64,000 nt of DNA, taken from assembly GCA_951406725.2 (NCBI GenBank), contig OX597821.1:115382001-115446000 (forward strand), read 5' to 3'. The notes under the pieces are model-generated. The model made no database searches. It was not told the DNA's origin and saw only the letters and a program-made list of their open reading frames with translations. A program made the translations under genes and the position numbers. The stretch is from Octopus vulgaris. Taxonomy: Eukaryota. Positions 50,651-64,000 of the stretch are shown here, one piece after another; the first letter of the stretch is position 1, and every line of letters starts with the position of its first letter.

Positions 50651-53600
50651 TCAGCCGTTGGGGATCTTACTAACCATGCGTTCAAGACTTACTGGTTCCT
50701 GTTATGATGGGAAACCAGCCGTGTTGAGGCCCCGTCTAATTATGTCATTTAGATCGGTATGTCGGTGGGAACGGCCTGCACGTGAATTTTTTTTTCCCAC
50801 AAGAATTCCGAACCCCAGTAATGAACTCATTTGTATACAGCCAATCAGAGTTCACCTTGAAAATCCACACACTGTGCAATGCTACAGTACAGCCAGTCCG
50901 GCACAGAATGGTGTATGCCACTTTGTGAGTACAGCATAGCAGGTCTCACCTAAGCACCACATTCCTCCTCCACCATCCTCATAGGTCAATTGAGCACCAT
51001 CTCTATAGAGCGCTAACATGAGCTACCTATGCTCAGACTGAGATTAGTGATACTGCATGTACCCATTGATATATGCAAGGAGGACGCAATATGACACAAC
51101 GCCATATTCATTATGATGTTTCCAGATCAACACCAACATTTTGAATTACGAATATACAAAATCAGTCAAAAAATTAGGAAACTACACTCATTTACATTTT
51201 CTAGTAAATTACGCAAATTGGCAACACTTATGGCATCATCGGTGAGCAACTCTCCATTCACTTTATACACTAAATTTCACATTTGTCACCCTTGATAAGG
51301 CGTTTAGAACAGATTTTGCTATAACGCACATTTTCCACTGAACTCAACTAGAGTATTTTCGTGATTAGGTGGACACTAGTTTGATAGTTCAGCTCTGATG
51401 GGCTGTATACAAATGAGTTCATGATGAGTCAGGAACTCTTGTGGGAAAAAAAAAATTGCGGCCCGCACTATGGCTGCAGGTTAAATTCAGCGACTACCTC
51501 TCCACAACGGAATTTGTGCAGATCACACTCATAAAGACCGAGGCGCTGGACCACTCTGACATGGGTGTACTCATTATCAAGAATACCAGTTGACGAGAAA
51601 GACACCAAATTGAGTCACGATTTGCTACTTGACTGTGAAGTGAAACAAAGGTAGGTAAAGCAGTGCTAGTCTAAGGATGTCTTAGTACGCCTGAAGACAG
51701 ATTTACGCTGAATGCTCACAGGTGTTGTTCAGTTACTTTTCAATGCAAACAAGAAAAGTATTTTCATTCACCAATTCAATCATAGAATAGCAAACTCCAT
51801 AATAACAATATCCCTCGGGACATATACATGAAAATATAAACAATACGAGTTTAGTGTGGTCATCTTTGTCTTCACACGCAACCTACCTAATATTGTAAAC
51901 TACCAACAAAGAGTATATGACTAACCACGATACAAAACTTTGTCTGGAAGCAGGTGAGAGTTGGCAACAGGTGGGGCATCCGTCTACAAAATCTGCATCA
52001 GCCAATTCCACCTGACCCATGCAAGTATGGAAAATTGGATGTAAAATGATGACAATAATTACTTAGCTCTGTTTATATGGCATTAAATTTATGAGATATA
52101 TATTTCCACTTGGATATGAATTAATAATATTCTCAGAAGAGCATGTAATGATGTCCACAGCAATGTGAACTGAGGATTGTTGAATGAAGTGTATTGTCTA
52201 AATACATAATGAAACGGCTGTGAAATGGACTGGAAGGTTGTAAGTTGATTATCCAATATTATATCTTTGCAACTGTTTGTTTCTACTTAGTAGGAACTAG
52301 ACAAAAACGATTTTGTGGCTTAATTAGAACAGGTGTTTCATAACTGTGCAGTTCTTACGAAAATGGTGAGAACAGCTTTATAGTATACTTGTCACACCAA
52401 GGATGTGTGGAGAAAATTTCCATTTGTTGAGTCTTTTATTTATTTTTTTTTTGATGGAATGATAGTTAAAAGTGTAAGGTCTTACTTAAGCACGTTGAAA
52501 ATATGGTAAGAGAGGATACAAAATGAAGAGCTTTGCAGCTTACATTAAAAATACGTCCCATAAAAAGATTTGAAATAGTGCAATGGATCTCTCTAGGAAT
52601 TAGAACCTAAAGTTCTAAGAAATGGGTGGTTCTGCATGAAAGTAAGTAGTGTGGCCCTATATCGTGTGGGATAAAATGCATCGTTGAAACGTTCCTACCA
52701 TTTCTAAAGGTTCCCATGATGTAAATGAAATAAATTGCTTTTACCCAGAAACAAAACTAAGTTAAAATCAGCCCACAAGGAACTTGCCTAGTTGTAAATA
52801 TTAACTTTTGATATAATATTCACATTGATATAACGTCATATAATTGTATTCATCCCGGAGGGATGTAAGGCAGTCAGCTCTAGCAGTATTCGAACTTAGA
52901 ACGTAGGTGGAAACTAGACACCAACAGGCATTTTATCCAGTGCTTACCTTTCAGCCAACCCAGTAACTTCCATATGAGTAAACATTTCGGATTCAATGAA
53001 AAACACTGAATTTTGTCAACATCTTCCTCATAAATAAACACTAATCGCATATAGAAATTTTTAATAAAATTGAAATGCTGCAATGACGTTATGAGTTCAT
53101 TATCTTTTGAACTCAATAGCTAATACAGCTTATTTAAATAATTCCGCCTTAAAATAAAGGCTACATTTCATTTTATAATCACCTTCGTAGTCAATTGATA
53201 TTGATTTATGACAAAAGTATAACATCTGAGGTTTTTACAGAAATGAAGAAAATGTGGGGTGGGGTGGGGTGGAAGGAGGGGGTGAGTCGTTCATGCCTTT
53301 CACAAGAATGGTTAAGTGAAATAAAATAATTAGGACCTGAAATAGGGTCGCATTCACCCGGCGGTTTACCTTCCCATGTTCAGTCTACCGCCAATTATAT
53401 ACAAATGTTTCTTCAGCTTTTTCTTAGCACCACGGCCTAAGCCAAACTAGTGTACTATCCCCCCCCCCCCAATTAAAAATAAACGAGGAAAATGACATTT
53501 TTAAGTAATTAGACAAAGACTGAATAATATGACTATCTTCGTTAGAGTGATAGTTGACCTTTAAAACATGAGACAACGATACTTTAATGTAAATAAATCG

Positions 53601-53839
53601 ACCAAAGGAAGCACAGTTTGTTCATTACAAACTGTCTAATTAGCGCCATATTTCAATGATTGCTGTCACGGATAAACCTTGTCTTCTTTAGGGCTCAGCC
53701 TTTTCATTACATTACTAACTCGATAAAATGCTACCTTAGATTGAATCTGAGCCGAAATACAATTTGCTTATTTTAGTAGAATGCTTTCTTTTGCTGTGAA
53801 TAAAGAATGAGAGAAGCGTATCATTCACAACATATCCCA

Positions 53840-54013
53840 GCATGCCCGGCCGCGTCGTCGTGCGCATGTGCAACGACCTTGGCCCGGTCAAGTTGTCGTC
53901 GTCGTAGAAAGCTAGCTGGCAACTTGGTTGATGGTGCCAGCAAAACACACGATCAAGCATGGCTTAGACCACTGCTTTAGTTGTGACTTTCTTTATCGTT
54001 GAACAATTCCAGA
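53840..54013 (+). promoter_or_regulatory. CpG-rich promoter/5' UTR of the AF10 homologue
   Basis: CpG cluster in an AT-rich background; NRF1-like TGCGCATGTGCA at 53861-53872; YY1-like GGCCATTTTG near 54427 in the intron. Confidence 0.55.
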
Positions 54014-54122
54014 ATGAAGGAGATGGTTGGTGGCTGCTGTGTTTGTTCTGACGAGAGAGGTTGGGCGGAGAATCCCCTGGTTTATTGTGATGGTCACGGG
54101 TGTAATGTCGCCGTACATCAGG
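54014..54122 (+). CDS. MLLT10: First coding exon of an AF10/AF17 (MLLT10/MLLT6, Alhambra/ZFP-1) homologue, PHD finger N-terminus
   Basis: MKEMVGGCCVCSDERGWAENPLVYCDGHGCNVAVHQ followed by the phase-1 donor CAGG|GTAGGT; the expected next exon (ACYGIV..PWFCRKC) was not found in the window. Confidence 0.95.
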
Positions 54123-55214
54123 GTAGGTTTTTGTGTGTGAATGCATGAATGGAATATATAAATATAATGTTTGTAATATATACACATATATATATATATA
54201 TATTATATTATATTTCTTTAAGTACATCAATATTGATTTAATAAATGAATTTATTTATTTATTTAATAGGAAGATTTCGTTATTGATTTGGAGAAGTTAA
54301 TAAAGTGTTTCTCAGAGTGTTTTTCTTTTCTCTCGACAGCGTGTTATGGAATTGTGCAGGTGCCGACAGGTCCGTGGTTCTGTAGGAAATGCGAGTCTCA
54401 AGAGAGAGCAGCACGAGTGGTAAGGCGGCCATTTTGAACTTGCTTAACGTTTCTGCACGGCGCCCCACACGTGGTGTTTTGGTGAGGGTGGGACGAATAG
54501 CTCCACTGCACAACCCCGTCCCTTCTCAGCTCTCCTCCAAGCTGAAATCTGATGCTTTCACTGACAACCGCCTTGCCTCCACTGACACACAAACACACAC
54601 ACACAAACACAAACACACAGACATACACAAACACACAGACATACACAAACACACAGACACACACTTGCCCTCACCCAATAATAATATACGTATATTATTG
54701 TAATCATGTATTGTTTAGTTGTGTCTATACGTATGTATTTGTTTGTTTTGTTTGGAGGTGTGTGCACTTAATATACTGTGGGTAGGTGTGTGCACCTATA
54801 TATTATATATATACATAGTATGTATATTTACATACTGTGTGCGTAAAAGTGAATTTGTACGTTTGTGTATACATAATACCTACAATTTTTTTTGTTCATT
54901 TATCTTGCTTGTGATTGAGAACTCGACCCTGATCAGAACCCATTTAAGATAATTATTATTATTAAATAATAATAATAATAATATATATATAAATATATAT
55001 ATGTGTGTGTGTTCTGTAGCTATGGGAATAATTTTGAAACGTTTTGTCAAGGGTCAATTTTGAACCGTTGGAAGGGTGTGGCAATATCTACTCCACTTTA
55101 ATCCGAGTCGGACTTAAATCACCTTTCCTGCTCTACTAATGCCATTTTATGCGCGTACAATATTCATAGTTTCTTTATATGCATAAATATACATCCACGC
55201 ACACAATCACACAC

Positions 55215-55296
55215 ACACACAGATGCATACGTTACGTACGTGTGTATATATATCTCTATATATTAATACATTCACACAGATGTATACGTTACGTAC

Positions 55297-55327
<31 letters not shown>

Positions 55328-55440
55328 CACACATTCACACAGATGTATACGTTACGTACGTGTGTGTGTGTGTATATATATATATGTATATATACACAGA
55401 TGCATACGTTACGTACGTGTGTATATATATATATATATAT
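55215..55440. repeat. Minisatellite, 4 units of ~60 bp
   Basis: CACAGATGYATACGTTACGTACGTGTG separated by (TA)n. Confidence 0.9.
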
Positions 55441-56237
55441 CGTAATTATTTCAGTAAAATAAAGTAAATGTAATTTTGAGTAGAGGTTGTGATAATGCAG
55501 GAAAGCTTTTAATGTTATGGAAGCCAGTATTGCCCGTTCTTCCTTCTCTTTATTACACACATCTTCCAGCTTTAAACCTTAAAATGTCTTCTGTCATTGA
55601 TGGTTGAATGCTTGGCTAGCAGCGGACGTGCCACTATCTCCGCCAGATGCTTCTTCCATTTGCCACTTCTCTTCTCTTCTTCCTCCACATCATTACCTTT
55701 CATTCGGTTACATCGCTTACTTACGCAAGTCACCATCAACGTTTCTACATTTTCCTTGTGGAGATAACGATTTCGGTCAGGATCTAGACTCCTTTGTGCA
55801 AATTTTCGTCAGTTTAAAAACCCTCGAATCAACCCTAAACCCGCCGTAAACTTTCCCGTCTAATATAGATAGAATACGAGACGGAATGAAGTTAGCTTTC
55901 GCTCCTTTTGTTGTCATCTTCATCAGCCAAAACATGGCACCTTGTGTAGGGAAGAAAAACAAAAATAAATAATATTTAAACACGGTCGTCGTTGTTTACA
56001 TTCAATAGTTGGAACCTAGATGATGCAGCGACTGCTTTTTATATTAATGTTGTTGTTTTACGGGTTTTTAAATTTTTTTTCCGTTTGGCGGAAATATTTC
56101 CCAACCAGATTTTAATTTGTCTAAGGTTGCTGATGCCTTTCAGCTTTGCTGTGTTTGCCGTTGGTCAGCTTGTTATGGTTGTCGGTGGGAGAGCTGACAT
56201 AACGACTACTAATTTCCTCAGTAAACTATCGCTCAGC

Positions 56238-56249
56238 GTGTGTGTGCGG

Positions 56250-56297
<48 letters not shown>

Positions 56298-57017
56298 ATT
56301 TATATATATATATATATACATTATATATATGTGTGTATTTATATATATATATATATATACATTATATATATATACATTGTATATTGTGTATATATTATAT
56401 ATATATTGTGTATATATATATAATATATTGTGTATATATTATATATATATTGTGTATATATTATATATATATTGTGTATATATTATATATATATTGTGTA
56501 TAATATTTATATATTGTGTATAATATATATATATATTGTGTATAATATTATATATTGTGTATAATATATATATATATATTGTGTATAATATATATATATA
56601 TATTGTGTATATATTATATATATATATTGTATGTATATTATATATATTGTGTATATATTATATATATATATTGTATGTATATTATATATATTGTGTATAT
56701 ATTATATATATATATTGTATGTATATTATATATATTGTATATATATTATATATATATTGTATGTATATTGTATATATATTATGTATATTATATATATATA
56801 TTGTATGTATATTGTATGTATATTATATATATTGTATGTATATTATATATATATATTGTATGTATATTTTATATATATATATATATTGTATGTATATTAT
56901 ATATATATATATATTGTATGTATATTATATATATATATATATTATATATATATTGTATGTATATTATATATATATATATATTATATATATATAGTGTATA
57001 TTATATATATATATATA
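56238..57017. repeat. Compound (TA)n / TATTGTRTR microsatellite
   Basis: About 780 bp of low-complexity sequence. Confidence 0.95.
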
Positions 57018-58639
57018 TGAAGATGGATTTCTCTACATTATCTTGATATCCGTCTGTAATCTATTTATTTATCAAATGTGTAATAGTTATAGCGTTGTTG
57101 TTAAACCGTTTGTAGTAGCTGTGCTTTACTAGCTCGTATAATAATAATAATGATGATAATAGTAGTAGTAGTAGCACCAATAGATAGGGACTGAAGCAAG
57201 TGTCCTCCCATCTCTCGAAACAGCATACATTTTTATTAAACACTTCTTGTCTTTGCTTTTAACTGATCGTTCAAAAAATATGTGCAGAGTAATCCTAGTG
57301 CTTTTCTACTGTGCAAAATGAGGAAGTAACTGCGGCTTGGTTGGCAGCCTTAAGCAAAAGAATGTGAGCGCTATTTACTATTCAATGATCATCTAAGCCA
57401 TGCCTGCTTTTTAAGATTCTTTATTATCACCACTTCGTCTGTCTCGGTGAAAGTATTTCCCTTAAGGCATTTGAAAATATTATAAAAATACGTTTTAAAT
57501 CTCAGTTACTGAGGCTTTAGAATGCTTTTTTTACGTCATATAATCTGTTAAAGCTTTTGAATTCTGAAACTTATTTCGGTAATGAGGTCTTCGGTTAGAA
57601 AAAGGAGAGAGAGGATCTCCTGCCGTTATTGAACTCGGTAAATGGAAGGGTGAACCTAAATACCAGAATATATTCTGGTTCGGTGTGCCACCGATCTTGC
57701 CATCCAACTTCCGTAATTATTTCAATAATGTAAACAGGATTTCATATTTACGTATTTGAATTTTCGCTCATAAATTATATCTTTAAAAAGTGTTTCAGTG
57801 TGTTAACTTTTATCAATTATATAACAAAGAAATGAATACGGTATTTTAAAATGTACCAGTTTCATTGAACTCTGTTTTGTATAACGATAAAATTAGAAAT
57901 AAAAGATGGGCTAAAAATGCCTGTCAACCAGTTAAATTGACCCAGAATTCTTTTTGCTATTGGTAACCAAAGTTGAAAAACAATTGCTCTACTGATCATT
58001 TTACCGTCAGCTGAAATGTTCTTACAATGTTTGTGCAGTGTTGAATAACTAGTATCAATACCAAGGAGATAACCAGTCTAGGACCACATTCCACGTAGTA
58101 CCATTTAGTGATTGCTCATATAGGTGCATTATGGCAATCAAGGCCTGTTTTCGCCTGTCAGTCTATACTGTTATTTTGAATGACAAAGGAATTATTTTTT
58201 TCTGCTCAAAAGTAGACTATATGAAGCATGTATAAAGAGTGATACAGCTTAATAGTGAGATATGAGCATTAAGTGTAAAAAAGGAGCAGTTAAATGACAC
58301 ATTAAATCTTCCTGTATGCAACTAAGTATTTTCGGAAAGTTACTATAGAATACAGCTAATGTAGATACAATGATATTTAGGTTTGTGTTAAGTTGTGGAG
58401 CCACAGATGTAATATTCCGGAGATATATTTATAAAGAAAATAGTCTATACATTTGTTGATCTGAAGAAAGACTTTCACTCTATAGTTAAGTGGATTCTAG
58501 GAAAACTAAATCTTAGAGCCCATTGTGTATGTATGTATATCTTTTATTGGTTTCAACCAGAAGCTGAGGCCATGCTGGGGCACAATCTTTCAGTGTGATT
58601 TTTTTTTCTGTGTTGTTTCTGGTGAAGTAGCAAATTGAA

Positions 58640-60600
58640 CAGAACTGTTCTTTGTGATTCCTGCCGCAATGTGGTACCTTTGAAGACTTCCACATCTACA
58701 CCTCAAATTTCTGAGGTTGTATGGCAGAATGTCGAATAGTTATGGACCCTTGAAAATCAAGCTGATATAGTACTGGGCCCTTATTCTTGATGGAGAAGAT
58801 GGGATCTTTGGTATTCTCCAGTGCTGTCCTGTTGTAGGTTTAGTATAGCTTTCAATTCCAAAGTTGGGAGTTAGACCTTCCACGATCTTCCATATGTACA
58901 TCATTGCATATTTTGTGTGCCTTCTCTCTAAGAGAAGAGCGTCAGTTCCTTTAACCTCTTCTAGTAGCTCATCTGTTGAACTGAGTCAATTTTCTTTGTG
59001 TATTGGCTCCAGATTGCTTTGAGTTCCACCATCAGTTTGACACTCTGTGGTAACCACAGTTAGCAGTAATCCAGACAACTGAGAATGAAAGTTCTCCATA
59101 GAAGTATCATAGTCTCCTTCCTCATCATCATCGTTTAACGTCCGTTTTCCATGCTAGCATGGGTCGGATGGTTCGACCGGGGTCTGGGAAGCCAGGAGGC
59201 TGCACCAGGCTCCAGTCTGATCTGGCTGTGTTTCTACAGCTGGATGCCCTTCCTAACGCCAACCACTCCGTGAGTGTAGTGGGTGCTTTTTATGTGCCAC
59301 CGGCACAGAAGCCAGTCAAGGCGGTGCTGGCATCAGCCACGCTCGGATGGTGCTTTTTACGCGCCACCGGCACAAGTATCACAACTACAATTTCCATTTG
59401 ATATTTATTTTGATGTTGATGTACTTGACTCAATAGGTCTCCTCAAGCACAGCAGTTCATGTGCCACCGGCACAGAAGCCAGTCAAGGTGGCGCTGGCAT
59501 TAATCACATTCGGATGGTGCTTTTTACGTGCTGCTGGGTCTTCCTGGGTCTGAATAATCTTAGAATCAATCCAGATACCCACCTGCATGGTGTTACCATC
59601 TTGGTAATATGCATATTGGAATGTTGCATCATTACTCATTTGGATTCCCAGGTCAGACATCAACTTTGACTCTTGGATTACACTACCTCCTGGTCTTGTG
59701 TATTCTGATTGTTTGTTTGTTTGTGGGCTGATAGTGGAGTGCTTGAAACTTCTCAGCATTTAACTGCATGTTATTTTCCATTAACCCACTTGTATATTGT
59801 ATTCAGGTATTTCTGCTAGTTTGATCACTAGTGATACTTTCGTATCATCAGTATACCTGGTGATAGTGGCTGAGGTCATGTTTTAGAGAGCCAACACAAA
59901 CAGTAGTAGTCCCAGTACAGTTCCCTGAGGGACTCCGCTGAGAATTGACCTCTCCCCAGAGAAAGCATCGTTGGTTGCAACTGTCTGGTTTCTGCCTTTT
60001 AAAAAGTGATGCAGCCACTCTCCTTATTCTCCAGTGATATGAAGCTCACACTGTAATATATCGTCCTATGATCAGCTTTGGTGAAGGCATTAGCGAAATT
60101 GAGATATATCGCATCCACATTTCTGTGGTCGAGCTCTTGTTTCAATATCCAGTCATAATGTTGTAGTAGATGTATGAGGCTGCTCCTCCCAGGACAGAAG
60201 CTATGCTGTGTGTTTGTGAGCAAGTTACTTTCTTTGAGGAATGTGCTCGGCCTTCTTCTGACAATGTGTTCCATGACTGCTAACATGTGAAATCAGAGAG
60301 ATAGGCCTGTAATTTTTAGCATCTGCTTTCTTTCCTTCTAAATGGATAGGACATATATTTTCTTTTAACATTTTGGGAAGTTTGCCACATGCAAGGAAAC
60401 TTTGAAAAAGTATCTGCACACCTTATGTGTCTATAAAAGAACAGCTAGAAATCCATCTGGGCCCATTACTGAGGTTAAGGTCATCTCATCATGGCCTATA
60501 TTACATGTTTTTACAGTGTGTTGATGTAATTGATGGTTGCCTCTTTCCCATATCGATCTGCAGGGTCAAAGAACTCATGAAGCTCACTTGTTTGCATATT
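58640..60600 (-). mobile_element. Decayed CR1-clade LINE RT region, interrupted by RTE
   Basis: KNYRPISLISHV; QHSFCPGRS..VDAIYLNFANAFTKADH; SGVPQGTVLG; YTDDTK. Confidence 0.85.
59123..59530 (-). mobile_element. RTE 3' UTR copy inserted in CR1
   Basis: (CAT)n tail and conserved 3' UTR. Confidence 0.9.
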
Positions 60601-61474
60601 TCCCAGTGGAGAGGTGAAGACACTTTGGAATTGTTTATTTAGTACTTCACTTAGTCACCTATTGTTCAAATGGAGTTTATTGAGGTAAATTTTCTGCATT
60701 TGGAGCCCTTCCTGTCACCAGTCCTCACCTGTTTCCAAACGCATTAATATTTCCCTGTGGGCAGACATATTTTGGCAGAATATTGGAAATGAATGGCAGC
60801 AACACTCATTTGCAACTATCATGTAATGTCAAGAAAAAGAGACACACACACTGACACACTCACACATACATATACATGTGTGAGTTTTTATTTCATCTTG
60901 TCTTCATGTGTATTAACTGATTGCAAACAAGGGATATCTTCGTAAATAATGACTTATTCATATGGTGTTGTTCGTGTCCAGTTCTTTGCATAACCCTGTC
61001 TTGACTGTTTGTTGTTCAATAGACTGAGATTATTAAGTCAAAGCAGGGGCAGCTGAAGAAGGGCAATGTTCCTTGTGTTGTTTTTTATGTTTTCGTTTCT
61101 CGTTGTGTTCGACGTTTATTTGTGGTGTCCTGTACTCATATATGCATGTATATATACATATAGATGTAGGTATGTACATATATGTATGTATGTATGTATG
61201 CATATGCTTTATTTATTAAATTGTTATTATATGATCGAACGCCGCGCGTCCTCTTCCATGTGAGATTATTACTTCGTTTGGAAATAATTAGTTTGATCCA
61301 ACCATAGAAAACTCTGCTCCAACATTCTTTCGTTTGACCCCTGCAAGTTTGAAAAAGTAAATCTTAAGATGATGGTGGTGATGATAGTGTCCTACTTCTC
61401 AAAGAAGAATCTGTTGAGTTGCAGAAAATGTTTCAGAACTTGCAAAAGAGCACAAAATTGGATTCTTGCAAAAG

Positions 61475-61815
61475 TCAATGGAAATTGTAGTTGTGATCCT
61501 TGTGCCATTGGCACGTAAAAAGCACCATCCAAATGTGGCCGATGCCAGCGTCGCCTTGACTGGCCTCCGTGCCGGTGACACGTAAAAAGCACCAACCGAT
61601 CGTGGCCGTTGCCAACCTCACCTGGGACCTGTGCCGGTGGCATGTAAAAAGCACCCACTACGCTCATGGAGTGGTTGGTGTTAGGAAGGGCATCCAGTTG
61701 TAGAAACACTGCCAGATCAGACTGGAGCCTGGTGCAGCCTTCTGACTTCCCAGACCCCGGTTGAACCGCCTAACCCATGCTAGCATGGAAAATGGACGTT
61801 AAATGATGATGATGA
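61475..61815 (+). mobile_element. RTE 3' UTR copy, plus orientation
   Basis: Ends GGAAAATGGACGTTAAATGATGATGATG. Confidence 0.9.
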
Positions 61816-62090
61816 CAGGATCATTTGTAGAAGGCATACTAGTGATTTGAAATCCTTGTATTGCTCAGAGGGTTTCTAAGTAATGTTAGCAATAGCTATG
61901 GCAGAAGTACAGTTGCAAGAGAAAAGAAGGTTAGTAATTGAAAGTGTTGTTAGCTTTTTAGCAAAGAGATTTCATTTTGTTTGAAAGTTGTACTGTACGA
62001 TGCAGCTGAAAAGTGCACTTATGCATGGAATTGAAAAACATTGAATACCTAGCAACGGTTAGGCAGAAATGAAATAAGTATGGTAAATTT

Positions 62091-62300
62091 ATCATCATCA
62101 TCATTTAATGTCTGCTTTCTATGTTGGCATGGGCTAGATGGTTTGACAGGAGCTGGCATGCCAGAGGATTGTGCCAATCTCTGTTGTCTGCTTTGGACTG
62201 GTTTCTGTGGCTGAATGCCCTTCCTAATACCAACCATGAAACAGCACACTGGATACTTTTTTTGTGGTACTAGCACAGGCAGGGTCACCAAGTAACTTGC
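62091..62300 (-). mobile_element. Old RTE 3' UTR copy
   Basis: (CAT)n tail, degenerate UTR. Confidence 0.75.
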
Positions 62301-62402
62301 AAGAAAAAGACTGGGAGGGGAAGTAGTTCTGAGGAAGGTGGCTTAGCACCAGTTGATGAGAGGGTAAGAGAATAATAGAGGAATAGTCTTGCTGTATTTT
62401 TT

Positions 62403-62835
62403 TTTATCTTGTTTCAGTCATTTGACTGTAGTCATGCTGGGGCACTGCCTTGAAGGGTTCAGTTGGACAAATCAACCCCAGTACTTCTTTTTTCTTTAAC
62501 CCTTTAGCATTCAAACCAGCCATATCCGGCCTAAATATTTTACCTCCTTTTTGTTCAAAACCATTCAGATCCAGCCTCTTACCCTGTCCTACAATATTAT
62601 TCCCAAAGTAAAGAGTCACATCGCAGAAATCTCACAGCTATGAGATAATGCAGGATTAATTCAATGCAATGTGAATAAACAAGAATCACATTTAGGTGGA
62701 ATAATTGTGAATACTAAAGGGTTAAACCTAGCACTAATTCTATCAGTCTCTTTTTTCTGAACATTTACAGCTAACCAATACCAATTGTCAAGCGGTGGGG
62801 TGGGGGCACAAACACTCACCTGCACACACATACAC
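62403..62835 (-). mobile_element. CORE-like SINE 3' half interrupted by a piggyBac-type MITE (62500-62721)
   Basis: TTAA|CCCTTTAG ... CTAAAGGG|TTAA inside SINE sequence. Confidence 0.8.
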
Positions 62836-62949
62836 ACACACAATAGTTTGTCCATCTGTCTGATAATAGTTTAGATGCAAAAGAAAAACGAAAATAAGAG
62901 GTGGTAGAAAACAGAAGATAGCTTCATTTTGTTTTGCTGTGGCTGAGTT

Positions 62950-63450
62950 GGTTTGTTCTGGTAGAGAGGTATTTGTTGCAGGCCACACATTATGTTCACT
63001 TGTACCGGAGTTGTTATGCTGATTTATAAGTATCCATTTTGGCTTCTGATACTGAAATTTGTAAAGATTCAAACACCTTTGAACTCCTGATGTTAGCTTC
63101 ACTCATGTAAAACCTCCAGGAAACGTCACACTATGAATTTAGATTGATTTTGCTGCCGCTCAAGGTTGCTTTTAATGCATCTATGAATTTTTTATGTGGT
63201 GTACCAACATGGTGCTCTCCATTTGTAACCTTAGAATAGAAGGTTGTCCTTGGTAGATATTCTGTTAACATGTCCAGCCCAACATACCTGGATTTGCTCA
63301 AAAGCTTAGCAAACAAACCAGGTATTTTGCCATGAGAGCCTCTGTATTGGCATTTTACCTTGCCACTTCATGCTTATAATCGTCCTTATGAAGATTCTGT
63401 GGGAGGATTGGAAATAATAAAAAAATTTTAGCATGGGTCTGGTTTGATGT
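62950..63450 (-). mobile_element. RTE-BovB-like C-terminal remnant
   Basis: YLPRTTFYSKVTNGEHHVGTPHKKFIDALKATL resembles the BovB-type RLPK..YGEL..G.R..G.P...FKD.LK motif. Confidence 0.55.
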
Positions 63451-63772
63451 CATACGGGAGATGTGGAAGGATAACAGCATTGTATATGCAGCAGTTTTCT
63501 AAAAGCTGCATTTTCCTTGCCAGTAAGTGATGGCACATCAACATCAATACAGGCGTTTTAGGAGTGCACTTCCAAGATATTTAAATTTGTCTACATTTTT
63601 CAGTATAATCTCACTTCCATTCCAGGATGTATACATTGTGCATGTTCTGGAATTGGTTGATGCAATATCTCTAGTTTTGCTTTATTGATAGAGAAGCCAG
63701 AGTTGTTGGAGACTCTTGAGATTTGTTTAACACATGGTTGCAGTGCTGGACTTATTTTGTGCAAGCAATCTA

Positions 63773-64000
63773 CATCATCATCATCGTTTAACGTTCGCTT
63801 TCCATGCTAGCATGGGTTTGACAGTTTGACTGTGGGTTAGCAAACCAGATGGCTGCACCAGGCTCCAGTCTTGATCTGACAGAGTTTCTACAACTGGATG
63901 CCCTTCCTAACGCCAACCACTCCGAGGGTGTAGTGGGTGCTTTTATGTGCCACCGGCACGGGGGCCAGACAGGCGGTACTGGCAACGACCTCGCTCGAAT
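63773..64000 (-). mobile_element. RTE 3' UTR copy (runs off the window end)
   Basis: (CAT)n tail and conserved 3' UTR. Confidence 0.9.

Noticed and set aside
54280-54513. Minus-strand ORF containing MAALPLVLLSL...
   Set aside because: No recognisable domain; the AAAATGGCC context is equally explained as a YY1-like site.
55890-55930. Minus-strand CTGATGA...GAAA hammerhead-like core
   Set aside because: No convincing stem II or stem III pairing.
56240-57046. Long Y/I/C-rich ORFs (also near 41.3k, 43.7k, 54.5k and 55.2k)
   Set aside because: Translations of (TA)n/(TG)n microsatellites that lack stops by composition.
61040-61260. Hammerhead in a pLTR-like AT-rich element (CTGAAGA ... GAACGCCGCGCGTC)
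   Set aside because: The GAAA core is incomplete and the two halves are ~180 nt apart without clear pairing.

Overview
AT-rich, microsatellite-dense eukaryotic DNA, very probably from an octopus (inferred from the SINE/RTE repertoire, not proven). Two host-gene pieces are visible: a terminal coding exon at 1262-1396 (tentatively dystrobrevin-like) and the first coding exon of an AF10/MLLT10 PHD-finger gene at 54014-54122, followed by intron to the window end. The rest is nested mobile DNA: RTE, CR1, CRE, Tx1/L1 and Penelope retroelements, three tRNA-derived SINE families, a Helitron, and Mariner, Tigger, Chapaev, Merlin and piggyBac-type DNA elements. Two observations stand out. First, one of two tandem Tx1-like ORF1 copies carries about 60 clustered sense-strand A-to-G changes with ADAR-like neighbour bias, suggesting an RNA-hyperedited retrocopy fixed in the genome. 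Second, a Tx1 LINE and SINE copies bearing its 3' tail all insert at the same site inside a SINE, building a tandem array within one TSD. All alignments and counts were done by eye; repeat boundaries are approximate.
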